From Octopus bimaculoides (lineage: Eukaryota), in NCBI RefSeq assembly GCF_001194135.2, contig NC_069001.1, positions 36,977,754 to 37,041,753 of the forward strand: 64,000 nt of DNA, written 5' to 3'. The position numbers were made by a program, and so were the translations under genes. Below, one piece after another: positions 48,306 through 61,108 of this stretch. Positions within the stretch are counted from its first letter, which is position 1, and each line of letters begins with the position of its first letter. Below the pieces are notes generated by a model. That model was not told the DNA's origin. It did not search any database and saw only the letters and a program-made list of their open reading frames with translations.

Positions 48306-50608
48306 AGCCTTACAAAATTAACAAGTTCGGAAATTAAAATGTATCTTTATTCGGCAATTTTTTGACAAAATAAAAGAAAACACTTTGTTCTATCATTCTA
48401 TGTGTTTTCCCAAGTTTTTATAAGACGAATTATAGTTAGAAAGCATTTTATATGTTGACAACTCATACTGTACACAACATGATTACTTGTAAAATTTTAA
48501 ATAAAATTCCATAATTTATTCAAAAGTATACATTTTTCATGTCCAGAAATTAAGATGACATCCTATTCTAAATATTCGTAATATAATTTTGAAAAAATAA
48601 GTTTTTTTTTAGATGATATCGGCGTTTGTATTTGAGCAGGTAACACACGTCAAAGTTACGGTTGCAGCCATCAACAATCGTAAGCAACATATTGGAAAGT
48701 TTTGTTTGGATGTAAATAAAAATAAAATATTATTGCCAAATAATACAATATATATTGTAAATCGAATCATTGTCATAGTTGTGTTTTGATTTTAGTGTTT
48801 AATTATTAGATTAATTTATATAAGTTTATTTTGCCGCGTTTTCGGCAGGTAGTTTAACTCGCATAATCTTTCTTTCAGTCAAGAAATTAATTGCTAACTG
48901 AATACTTAAGAAGGCACATCAAAATATTAATTAAAAGCTAATAAATTAATTATTGAACAATTTAATTAAGAATTCGCTAACTTCGTGTTGCGAAGATAAG
49001 AGGGCTAGCAATATAAATACTGTTCTTTTTAATGAGTTAATTGAAATAAAATATTTAACAACAAAATATCATAATCTAATTTACAATTATGAAACAGCAT
49101 AAAACATCGAAAATATTAAAATATCAAACATAAAGGCGAAATGTTAAAAACTTTATTGCATTAATTATTAACTTGACTCCTATTTGGTAATTTAAAATAC
49201 TTTTTTAAAATAAAAGATTCTTAAGATATAATTATATATTTTAAGACCGATTTTCTTGAAACTGTTGAAAACTTTTTGCCAATTTAATCTTTTCACATTT
49301 ATGGAGAGATATACCATTTTTACTATAATTATTAGTGAAAATATATTTTCAATATAGCTACAAACGAAAATATTTTAATTGTACATGAAAAATCCATCAC
49401 AATAAAAGTTTTTTTAGATTAGTAATACTATGCTTATGAATTTACACGTATGCATGTGTAGGAGTGCGTGCGTGTATGCATGTATGTATGTATGTATGTA
49501 TGTATGTATGTATGTATGTATGTATGTATGTATGTACGAGAGGTGCTGTAAAGTTCCTGGCTTTGGGTAAAAGAAAATACAGGAGGATCAGTTAATTATG
49601 ATTTTATTTAGCATATNNNNNNNNNNNNNNNNNNNNNNNNNNNNNNNNNNNNNNNNNNNNNNNNNNNNNNNNNNNNNNNNNNNNNNNNNNNNNNNNNNNN
49701 NNNNNNNNNNNNNNNNNNNNNNNNNNNNNNNNNNNNNNNNNNNNNNNNNNNNNNNNNNNNNNNNNNNNNNNNNNNNNNNNNNNNNNNNNNNNNNNNNNNN
49801 NNNNNNNNNNNNNNNNNNNNNNNNNNNNNNNNNNNNNNNNNNNNNNNNNNNNNNNNNNNNNNNNNNNNNNNNNNNNNNNNNNNNNNNNNNNNNNNNNNNN
49901 NNNNNNNNNNNNNNNNNNNNNNNNNNNNNNNNNNNNNNNNNNNNNNNNNNNNNNNNNNNNNNNNNNNNNNNNNNNNNNNNNNNNNNNNNNNNNNNNNNNN
50001 NNNNNNNNNNNNNNNNNNNNNNNNNNNNNNNNNNNNNNNNNNNNNNNNNNNNNNNNNNNNNNNNNNNNNNNNNNNNNNNNNNNNNNNNNNNNNNNNNNNN
50101 NNNNNNNNNNNNNNNNNNNNNNNNNNNNNNNNNNNNNNNNNNNNNNNNNNNNNNNNNNNNNNNNNNNNNNNNNNNNNNNNNNNNNNNNNNNNNNNNNNNN
50201 NNNNNNNNNNNNNNNNNNNNNNNNNNNNNNNNNNNNNNNNNNNNNNNNNNNNNNNNNNNNNNNNNNNNNNNNNNNNNNNNNNNNNNNNNNNNNNNNNNNN
50301 NNNNNNNNNNNNNNNNNNNNNNNNNNNNNNNNNNNNNNNNNNNNNNNNNNNNNNNNNNNNNNNNNNNNNNNNNNNNNNNNNNNNNNNNNNNNNNNNNNNN
50401 NNNNNNNNNNNNNNNNNNNNNNNNNNNNNNNNNNNNNNNNNNNNNNNNNNNNNNNNNNNNNNNNNNNNNNNNNNNNNNNNNNNNNNNNNNNNNNNNNNNN
50501 NNNNNNNNNNNNNNNNNNNNNNNNNNNNNNNNNNNNNNNNNNNNNNNNNNNNNNNNNNNNNNNNNNNNNNNNNNNNNNNNNNNNNNNNNTATATATATAT
50601 ATATATAT

Positions 50609-51447
50609 CAGGGCTGGCCTTAAACCAATTGGATCGATTGATCCTAATCGGGCCCCGCGCCCAAAGGGGCTCCGTGCTCAAAGAGGCCACATCCTACACT
50701 GCGACATTTCATGAAGGTGGTCTCCGTGAAATTTCAAAAAAAATCTACGTAAAAATGCCCTTAAAAAAAAAGAAAAGAAGCAAAAACATACTTTCTACAC
50801 AAGATACCAAAAGATAAACCTATTCATCCCAAATTGCTTGGGTCAGCCTTGCTTGTATTTTTAGTGTGGGAGTTAATTGAATGCATGTGTGTATGTGAAT
50901 GTTTGAGAGTGTTTGGGTAAAATATTTGTGTATATGAGAGTATGTATGCGGTTGTTTAAGTGTGTAGTGAATTGTATGTATATATGTGTGCGTGTGTGTA
51001 TGTGTGTGTATGTATGTGTGTGTGTGATTTGCTATAAATATACTTTGTAAATGTTTAATTTTGGAGAAAAATTCTAATTATTAATCTGCATTTTATGTAT
51101 ATCTCTTTTAGCGCAACACCATGCAACAGATATAAGTTTCTTTGGGATCTTGTTAAATTTCTTTCCAATTTTTACCAGGATATTTTTGAAAAGCGTAATT
51201 TAGATGTAATTTCGTTTACTATTAGTGAAATTTTTTGGTAAGTTTATAGTTTAGCATCCAACTCGATTTCGGTGGGAAATAATGTTTTTCCTCATTTTTT
51301 TTCTTGTGCTGTTAACTAACCTCATCTCCTAATATGCCGCAAATTACTTTTTCCACGGAAATCGGAGGGGAAGGGGCAGGGTGGGCCCTCAGAAATTCTC
51401 CCCTCACCTCATCCAATTGGGCCCCGCACTTCCGAAGGCCAGCCCTG
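50609..51447. mobile_element. Non-autonomous hAT-like DNA element (839 bp) in a (TA)n tract
   Basis: Perfect 13-bp TIR CAGGGCTGGCCTT / AAGGCCAGCCCTG; subterminal GGGCCCCGC motifs; TATATATA flanks. Confidence 0.85.
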
Positions 51448-52199
51448 ATATATATATNNNNNNNNNNNNNNNNNNNNNNNNNNNNNNNNNNNNNNNNNNN
51501 NNNNNNNNNNNNNNNNNNNNNNNNNNNNNNNNNNNNNNNNNNNNNNNNNNNNNNNNNNNNNNNNNNNNNNNNNNNNNNNNNNNNNNNNNNNNNNNNNNNN
51601 NNNNNNNNNNNNNNNNNNNNNNNNNNNNNNNNNNNNNNNNNNNNNNNNNNNNNNNNNNNNTTCTGTGTGCCAGTGTATCACACTTTGACCCACTCTCTCA
51701 CTACTCAATGACACTTCCGCGTGCTGGGATGAGAGTAATAGTAGGCATAGAGACGGTGAGGGCGGTGGCGAAGACAGAGAGAGGGGGTGGAAAGAAAGAA
51801 AAAGAGAGGGAGAGAAAGAGAGACAAGGAAATTTAGGGAGATGATGATGCTTTAGTAAATGGGAATAATAATAATAATAATGAGAGAGAGAGAGAGAGAG
51901 GGGGGGGTATGTGAGAGATAGAGGGAGATGATGTACAACTTTCCTGGACAAATTCCTGTGGCCAGCATACTGAACCACCTACTGAACACTATCATTTTTG
52001 TTTTGTTTTTTTGCTTTCTTTAATACACACATATGTGTGTGTGTGTACATATATACATTTACGTGTACCCCCACCACCCATATATATATATATATAAAAT
52101 ACACTTTAATTGAAATACAGTTTCCCCAAAATTAAACATATCTAATACAATAATATGAATGTCAGTGTGTCACACTTTTTCAACTTTATTCCTAGACGC

Positions 52200-52440
52200 C
52201 GTAGCCCAACATATCATACCATTTTGGAATCAGGATGACTCCTTGAGTAAATTAAAAACATTCAGGGCCGAATCCGGACCTGCAATCCTGCAATTTTAGA
52301 TCTCAATGTTTTCATTACTGGGGTTCTTTTCGGCGATGTTTCTACATGAATTTTTTGCGACGAATATGATCATCGTTGGAATACGACTCTGGAGGAAGCA
52401 ATTGCAACAAATTCTGTGAGCCCAATAGGGCGGCTTTTAA
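52200..52440 (+). mobile_element. Possible Helitron Rep/helicase fragment
   Basis: DEYDHRWNTTLEEAIATNSVSPIGRLL resembles the Helitron D..W..TLEEA...P..R.LF region; short and degenerate. Confidence 0.35.
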
Positions 52441-55121
52441 TATATATATAGTTATATGTATGTACTATGTACGTATGTATGTATATTTCTTTGTTGCCCA
52501 CAGGGGGCTAAACATAGAGGGGACAAACAAGGACAGGCAAAGAGATTAGGTCGATTACATGAACTCCAGTGCGTAACTGGTACTTATTTAATCGACCCCG
52601 AAAGGATGAAAGGCATAGTCAACCTCAGCGGAATTTGAACTCAGACGAAATACCGCTAAGCATGTCGCCCGACATGCTAAGTACGTATGCATGTACACAA
52701 ACTCGCACACACATACGTACACACGTATGCTTAGCAGGTATGCAAATCCGTAAATTTTATGCGGATTGCTAATCGTGCAAAAAATAAACATTTATTCTAT
52801 TGTGCTTTCAATTTTCAATCATTTTTTTACTTTTCGTTTGAAAAGGAAGGTGTGGCTGGAGAAGAGATGTCTGTCGGAGTGTACGTTCCAAAAGAGATGG
52901 ACGCATGTTGCACGAGTGTTGTGCGTGCAAGGAACCGTGTGAATAGACGGGGGTAAAAAAGAGAACATAAAAGATACCAGCGATAGATCGGGGCTTGTGG
53001 GGTCGAAGCGTGGCCTGATCATCGCTTCATTTGTATTGTTAATTTCATTCGATTTAATTTCTAAAAGTCATATTTTATGTAAAATCATATTGATTTACTG
53101 ATCCCCTCAGTTGTTTTGTCCATTTCTATGTTTAGCCCCTGGTGGGCAATAAAGAAATTGGTATTTCGACTNNNNNNNNNNNNNNNNNNNNNNNNNNNNN
53201 NNNNNNNNNNNNNNNNNNNNNNNNNNNNNNNNNNNNNNNNNNNNNNNNNNNNNNNNNNNNNNNNNNNNNNNNNNNNNNNNNNNNNNNNNNNNNNNNNNNN
53301 NNNNNNNNNNNNNNNNNNNNNNNNNNNNNNNNNNNNNNNNNNNNNNNNNNNNNNNNNNNNNNNNNNNNNNNNNNNNNNNNNNNNNNNNNNNNNNNNNNNN
53401 NNNNNNNNNNNNNNNNNNNNNNNNNNNNNNNNNNNNNNNNNNNNNNNNNNNNNNNNNNNNNNNNNNNNNNNNNNNNNNNNNNNNNNNNNNNNNNNNNNNN
53501 NNNNNNNNNNNNNNNNNNNNNNNNNNNNNNNNNNNNNNNNNNNNNNNNNNNNNNNNNNNNNNNNNNNNNNNNNNNNNNNNNNNNNNNNNNNNNNNNNNNN
53601 NNNNNNNNNNNNNNNNNNNNNNNNNNNNNNNNNNNNNNNNNNNNNNNNNNNNNNNNNNNNNNNNNNNNNNNNNNNNNNNNNNNNNNNNNNNNNNNNNNNN
53701 NNNNNNNNNNNNNNNNNNNNNNNNNNNNNNNNNNNNNNNNNNNNNNNNNNNNNNNNNNNNNNNNNNNNNNNNNNNNNNNNNNNNNNNNNNNNNNNNNNNN
53801 AAAAAAAAAAAAAAAAAAAAAAAATAGATAGGAAAAAATGGGTGGGTGTGCACACACATACTTACTAAAATATGGGTATGGATATATGCATATAATTATA
53901 TATTATTTATGTTATGATATGATCGAACGCCACGCATTGCCTCCAAGTAAGTTGTCTTTCTATCTGCATGTCTATCTGTCTATCTACCTACCTACCTGTC
54001 TGTATGTATCTCTAACTATCTATCTGTCTGTCTGCATGTGTGTCTATCTATCTATCTATCTATCTATCATCATCATTATCGTTTCACGTCCGTTTTCCAT
54101 GCTGGCATGTTATTAATTTTAAAGTAAAGCATGTTTATTCACACGTTTTTGAATCCATCTTGCATTGTTTTGTAACTTTGAGATTTTGATGAATTAACTG
54201 TTTCTTTTTTAGAATGATATTGTATGGTTTGTGTGCAAAACCAGATCTGACCAGTTTGAACATAAAACAGGTAGAATATTTTGGCTGGATATGGCCAGTT
54301 TAAATGAGCAGTAGATTCATATGGATGGTTTCTCATATTCTGTAGTATATTATAATCCACCACTGGACAGGATGCCAGTCTGTCGTAGGAAGTAACTTGC
54401 CTACATGTTCATCACATATGTACCAGCATCCACACATACCCATACATAGACAAAAACACAAACACACACATGCACACACATATAAATATAATGTATAAAA
54501 TATATAATGTTTGTGTGTGTGAATAGGTAAGTACATATAAAGATAGACAGACAGACAGACAATATATATATCTAGCTATTAAAATGCTATTCGATTTGAC
54601 TGAAAAATGTCCGTAAGTGGAATTAGTATGAAAAGCAGTCATAAAGAGATTTCATTGGACATTAAATTTCACAAAGTTTTGATGTGGGGAAAAAAAACCC
54701 AAGCATATTGTAAAAACGTCTACTGTGGGAACAATTTATGATAAAATTAGATTCAGCATACAAGCAATTACTCTGTTAACTGTATAGACTTTATTTTTTG
54801 CATAGATCCAATGTGATCTTTAAAATGAACGAAACACCCATGTTTACAGGGATGAATTATTGAAACCCCAAATAATTTCTCTCAACACATGGCTATGATG
54901 CTTCCCCACTACTTCTGCTTATGATCAGAGATGCACATATTGTCATGCACTAAGGTACATGCTCAACCAGTTATGGTCAAGTAAGTCACAAGCAAATCCG
55001 TGGTATTGAGCAGAAAATTTGCTGTATCCTGTATTTTGTACCGAGAGAAAACACGAACATGTGAACGCTTCCAATCACTCAGAAGCCATGAGAGGGATGG
55101 CCTTGTATTGCATCAGGTCAT

Positions 55122-56684
55122 TTATTATTATTATTATTATTCAGTAGTTTTATTTTTATAACGTGCTTTCACTTCACTACCGAGCGCAGCTCTGTGCGCC
55201 TTGGGTATGTGCTGTGGTTTGCTGTGGTGCTCTTATGTTTACTGTATTGAAAGTGTTTTGCGTAGAATGTGTGCAGTACCCAGTAGTGCAATTTTCTGTA
55301 TGTTATATATATTTGTAAGTCCTGGTGTTTTTGTTATGTATTTGTCTGAATATTTTTTTATTATACCTAAGGCACCTACTATGATAGGAATTGTTTCTGT
55401 TTTTAGATTCCACATTCGAGTTATCTCTATTTCCAGGTCTTTGTATTTTGAAAGTTTTTCCNNNNNNNNNNNNNNNNNNNNNNNNNNNNNNNNNNNNNNN
55501 NNNNNNNNNNNNNNNNNNNNNNNNNNNNNNNNNNNNNNNNNNNNNNNNNNNNNNNNNNNNNNNNNNNNNNNNNNNNNNNNNNNNNNNNNNNNNNNNNNNN
55601 NNNNNNNNNNNNNNNNNNNNNNNNNNNNNNNNNNNNNNNNNNNNNNNNNNNNNNNNNNNNNNNNNNNNNNNNNNNNNNNNNNNNNNNNNNNNNNNNNNNN
55701 NNNNNNNNNNNNNNNNNNNNNNNNNNNNNNNNNNNNNNNNNNNNNNNNNNNNNNNNNNNNNNNNNNNNNNNNNNNNNNNNNNNNNNNNNNNNNNNNNNNN
55801 NNNNNNNNNNNNNNNNNNNNNNNNNNNNNNNNNNNNNNNNNNNNNNNNNNNNNNNNNNNNNNNNNNNNNNNNNNNNNNNNNNNNNNNNNNNNNNNNNNNN
55901 NNNNNNNNNNNNNNNNNNNNNNNNNNNNNNNNNNNNNNNNNNNNNNNNNNNNNNNNNNNNNNNNNNNNNNNNNNNNNNNNNNNNNNNNNNNNNNNNNNNN
56001 NNNNNNNNNNNNNNNNNNNNNNNNNNNNNNNNNNNNNNNNNNNNNNNNNNNNNNNNNNNNNNNNNNNNNNNNNNNNNNNNNNNNNNNNNNNNNNNNNNNN
56101 NNNNNNNNNNNNNNNNNNNNNNNNNNNNNNNNNNNNNNNNNNNNNNNNNNNNNNNNNNNNNNNNNNNNNNNNNNNNNNNNNNNNNNNNNNNNNNNNNNNN
56201 NNNNNNNNNNNNNNNNNNNNNNNNNNNNNNNNNNNNNNNNNNNNNNNNNNNNNNNNNNNNNNNNNNNNNNNNNNNNNNNNNNNNNNNNNNNNNNNNNNNN
56301 NNNNNNNNNNNNNNNNNNNNNNNNNNNNNNNNNNNNNNNNNNNNNNNNNNNNNNNNNNNNNNNNNNNNNNNNNNNNNNNNNNNNNNNNNNNNNNNNNNNN
56401 NNNNNNNNNNNNNNNNNNNNNNNNNNTTATTTTTCTTGTTTTCCTGTCTATTTTACATAGTTCGTTTAGTGTCCAGTTAAGGATGTTGTAGCTGTAGCTT
56501 ATAACTGGGACAGCTAAAGTGTTGATACCCATTATCTTGTTTTTAGCATTGAGCTCTGTTTTTAGTATTGATCTAACTCGTCTATAGTACTCTTTCTTTA
56601 TTTTTTCTTTCATTTGTATATGTTGTATCCTATCTAGTTCATTGACTCCTAAATACTTATATGGTTGGCTTTCGTCTAGTTCTC

Positions 56685-56690
<6 letters not shown>
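55122..56690 (-). mobile_element. R4/Dong-clade non-LTR retrotransposon, 5'-truncated, middle in a gap
   Basis: Open frames EIRELDESQPYKYLG...KKEYYRRVRSILKTELNAKNKIMGINTLAVPV and EKLSKYKDLEIEITRMW...IIVGALG...QKIALLGTAHILRKTLSIQ* (stop 55239-55241); (TAA)n tail. Confidence 0.88.
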
Positions 56691-56725
<35 letters not shown>

Positions 56726-57799
56726 GGTGGCGTGCTGGCAGAATCGTTAGTTTGCTCAAATTCTGCCAAGGTCAACTTTGCCTTTCATCCTTTCAGGGGT
56801 TGATAAATTAAGTACCAGAGAAACACTGGGGTTGACGTAATCGACTTATCTCCTACTCCCAAAACTGGCTGCCCTTGTGGAAAAATTTGAAATCATTATT
56901 ATTATTTATTAAGGCAGCGAGCTGGCAGTATCGCTAGCACGCTAGATGAAATGCTTAGCGGTATTTCATCCAACACTATGTTCTGAGTTCAAATCGCGCC
57001 GAGGTCGACTTTACCTTTCATCCTTTCAGGGTCGATAAATTAAGTCCCAGTTGATTACTGGGGGTCGATGTAATCGACGGTCTCCATGCCCCAATTCCAG
57101 GCCTTGTGTCTATTGTAGAAAGGACTATCATCATCATCATCATCATTATTTACAGAGCAGAATATTGTGTCTCTCTTCTTCCCTGTGACTCCCATGGCAC
57201 AACCACCTATCCCACAGCAGCAAACATCGTTTGATTATCGCTTTATGAAGTAAAATTAATCGAACATATTGTAAGCTTAAGGTACTAATAATATTTAATA
57301 TATATTACAGGATTTGTATCGATTACGGAATGAAAAAATATATGTTTATATTACATTTCTAATGTCGTTTGATATTTTTTAAAAATAATTTAAAATAAGT
57401 TTCTAATTTAAGCACAAAGGCAGAAACTTTTGAGGGGAGGGGATACTCAATATCATTGATTGCAGTGATTAACTAATAATTTATTTTATCAACCCGCAAA
57501 GGTGATAATAAAACACCTTCGCCAATTCTTGGGACTTGAAATTTTTAGTTCATATAGGTGAGTTAGAGTTACCTCCCCTATACCGTTTTCGTTTTCTCTT
57601 TGGAATGCTTTTCACGTAACATTCAAAGTTGTTAGGATGTAGGAGATCTCCAGTTTTGTATAGGGATTTTAAAAATAAATGTTATACTACAAAATGAAAG
57701 AAAGACAGAAAGGTAGATGCACTAGAATAGTTATATACCAGTCTTACACCTATTATGTTTGAGAGTACGGAGAATCTTGATTCTCACAATATAGAAACA

Positions 57800-58250
57800 T
57801 TTCTCATTGGCACAAGCTGACAAAATGGAAAAGTCGTTGCCCCGGATGAGAGAGAGGGAGGTGCGCTGAAACAGCCATTCTGAATTGCGGGGCACGCATT
57901 TACGGACAGCAATCTCTGCCTCTATAGTAGTGAACAGAGATATGGTCCAGGGACCAAGATCGTCGGAGGTCTCAACTGTTATAGGTTCAACCATAAACCT
58001 GTGAGAGAGAGAGCGACCGATACTTTGGCATTTTTTTTTCTCAGCTTGACTAGCAGAAGAACACGGGCTGGTGCCTGACAACACTAAGTTGCGGCTGGAG
58101 AACGTGTCACAGCATGTGGCCTCGCAGATAAGAAGGGAACGGAATGGGAAAATTGTCATACCGTCCAGCCGTCACTCATTGTAGCCCTGCTGCCTCGAGT
58201 TGAGATGGGAAGCTTGCAGTGTGTAGGCGAGGTGTTAGATACTGACCAAA
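57800..58250 (-). mobile_element. CRE-like (restriction-like endonuclease) non-LTR retrotransposon 3' fragment
   Basis: RLDGMTIFP...EATCCDTF...AEKKK...PITVETSDDLGP...EWLFQRTSLSLIRGND, matching the RPDG...WDATC.DT...VET.G.LGP...LFQR.S.A..RGN pattern. Confidence 0.72.
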
Positions 58251-58552
58251 ACGGTAGCACTTATTTTCTTCCTTTTCCTTTCAGCTCACTGACTTGCGAA
58301 CTTTATTAAAGAAGACTTCTGTTACAGCATTGCTTTAATCATAATGACTAAAACAGAACGCTGGTTTTGCATTTAAATTTAAACTCTTGAGTCAGTTTTA
58401 GGGTTGTTAAGGATATTTGATTTGTGAGATTATGTGTTCAACTATTTCAGGTTAGAAAATTGACAGGACGTTTTATAGTTATTGAAAAGTGAGAAAAAAG
58501 TTACAATTAAAAGGGAGAAATATAAATGTAAAAATAATACTTTCGCTTATAT

Positions 58553-59670
58553 ATGGGCCCCAACTATGCGAACCTGTTCGTTGGCTACGTTGAGGCCCAA
58601 ATATTCTCAATTTCATTGATCCCACTCCCGAACTATATGGTCGTTATGTTGACGACTGTATCGGTGAGACTTCACTCTCCCGCGAACATCTAGACTCCTT
58701 CCTCTCTTTTGTCAAATCTTTCCATCCTGCCCTCCACTTCTCCTGCACTATTTCCTACACTTCAGTCGCCTTTCTCAACATTTCGGTCAGCATTCATCAC
58801 TCCACTCTCACCACCCCTATCCACTACAAACACACACACTCACACCTCAACTTCTCCTCCCTCCCACCCTAAACACACCAAGCTCTCCATCCCCTATTCC
58901 CAATTCCTCTGTCTACACAGGCTCTGCAGTGACAACCATGACTTTGAGACAGTCTCAAATCATGACTCGCCACTTCATCCTACGTGAATATCTCCTCACC
59001 ACCATCCATACCACCCTTGCCAGAGCACTTCCGTGGTCCGTGCATCTGCTCTCTCCCCCCAGCACCCGCCCCGCCGTCACCCATCTCCCGTTTCCCCTCA
59101 CCTACCTACCCACCACCCTACCTCTCCAACGCACAATTCTCCGAGTCTTCCGGCGACTCCAGTCCGACCCCTCCACTTCGCACATCTTCCCAAACCGACC
59201 CCTCCTCTTCTTCAAACGAGCCCACAACTTACGAGACCTCTTGGTCCACAGCTTCTTTCCTAATCCAACCTCCGAACCCGGCTCGTTCCCCTGCTCCCGC
59301 CCACGCTGCCGCACTTGCCCCTACCTCTCCAACACCACCCTTCTCACAGGTACCCATCATCGACCCTATCATATCACTGACTCCTTCACCTGCATTTTTA
59401 ACAACGTCATCTACTGCATCTCCTGCTCTCTCTGTCCTTTTCTATACATCGGTCAAATGGGACGCCACTTGGCTGACTGGTTCGTAGAAGACCTCCGAGA
59501 TAATAGACTCGGCAACGACACCCCGGTCTCGTGCCATTTCCGCTCTACCAGTTTTTCTTTACAACTTGCACGGGGGCCATCCGGACTCCCGTCTTCGCCG
59601 TGAACAGGGATTAGTCTTCTCTCTTCGCTCTTTTGCCACATGGGCTCAACTCTCCTTCCCTTTTCATCTA
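58553..59670 (+). mobile_element. Penelope-like element (RT plus GIY-YIG), degenerate
   Basis: MGPNYANLFVGYVE...GRYVDDC; linker CSRPRCRTC; NVIYCISCSLCPFLYIGQ.GR. Confidence 0.9.
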
Positions 59671-60359
59671 ACCCTCCCCCTCTCTTCCTATCACACCTAC
59701 TTCCTCCCACCCACCTCTCCTCCCTTGCCTTGACACCTACTTCACCTCTTCACTCCTACCCACCCTGTAGACACCAATCCTCTCCCTGCCTCACCCGACA
59801 CGGAAGAAATGAGCACATGCACACAGGAGCCCCAAATTTCTCAACCCCTGCCCTGTAAGGGAAGAAAAGGGAAAAAGTACATCGTTCTTTACGATGAAGC
59901 AAATACCAAACTATTTAATGAAATTCCTTGTTCGGACAAGCCAATATATGTGAGCCCGTATCTTTGCGAGAAAGTGTCCCAGAATCTGGGTTGTATCATA
60001 GTCGACCCTATGCATGAGGAGAGCATTAAATACGCGGAAAATAATTTCGATACCAGTGAGATGCCTACAACAGTGAATCCATTCAAATTGAAACAAGACT
60101 TTAATATTGACATTTTACAATGTTTAACTTCAAACATTTTTTTGACAAAAAAGAAAAAAAGTATGATTGTATAGGTTAAATGAAGGCGCCCGCCCGGATG
60201 TGGGGTCGAATGTCATTATTTCATTACTCATTTTATTTTATTTTTATCTATCTTTTCATTCGTTTTTTGTGTCCCCACTTTCATTGTACCGTTCTGTTTG
60301 TTTATATATTGTCCCCTCTATGTTTAGTCGTCTACGGGTAATAAAGAAAAAAGTTGTTA

Positions 60360-60670
60360 CAATCATCTGAAATTGTGATGATATTCGATATTCAAGCAAT
60401 TTTGCAATTCAACTTCAAAAAAGGACGTAAAGCAGCTGAAACTGCTGGCGATATCAACGAAACGTTTGGTGAGGAAATGACCAGCGAGTGGTCAGCTCGG
60501 AAATGGTTTAAACGATTTCGCAGTGGAGACCTGAGCCTTGAAGATCGTGAGCGCAGTGGACGTTCATCTGTCATCGATGGCGATCAATTGAAGACCGTCA
60601 TTGAGAAAGATCCACGTAAAACCACTCGAGAACTGGAACTAGAACTTCAAGTTAGCCAGAAAAAATTGGC
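60360..60670 (+). mobile_element. Mariner transposase N-terminal (HTH) fragment
   Basis: ILQFNFKKGRKAAETAGDINETFG...RKWFKRFRSGDLSLEDRERSGR...IEKDPRKTTREL. Confidence 0.9.
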
Positions 60671-61108
60671 TATTGCAGTTAGGGTTAGCGTTAGGACTCC
60701 GAGAACAATAGAAACCAACTTAATCCTTCAGTAAGCCAGAAATAGCACTCAAATCTCTCTTCAAATACCCTACAGAGATTATTAAAAAGGGGAGGAAGGA
60801 CACAAATAATGTAACACTAGATACCTGTAAAAAGAGGTACGTTCACAGTGGAGTTGACCTACAGCTGAACATCATCTGAATGGAACTTAGCCTTTCCTTA
60901 TGACGCTCCGAGACGATTATTTTTAAAACACATGGTTAAGGGAATTTTTAAAAATTAAATACTCCCTGTTTACTTCATTTGAATATATCAACCGAATTTT
61001 AAAGTTTTTTTTAATGAAAAAAAGATATTTCAGAGTCTCTGTCCTAAAAACACCTGAATTTCTAATATTCTGTCAAAATTGTTGTACAGTACTATACAAA
61101 AGTTTTCT

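Noticed and set aside
45133-48852. CAGGTAG (Zelda-like) words around H1-a
   Set aside because: Zelda is not known from molluscs, and the word also occurs in the MITE family and the dispersed motif, so enrichment is unproven.
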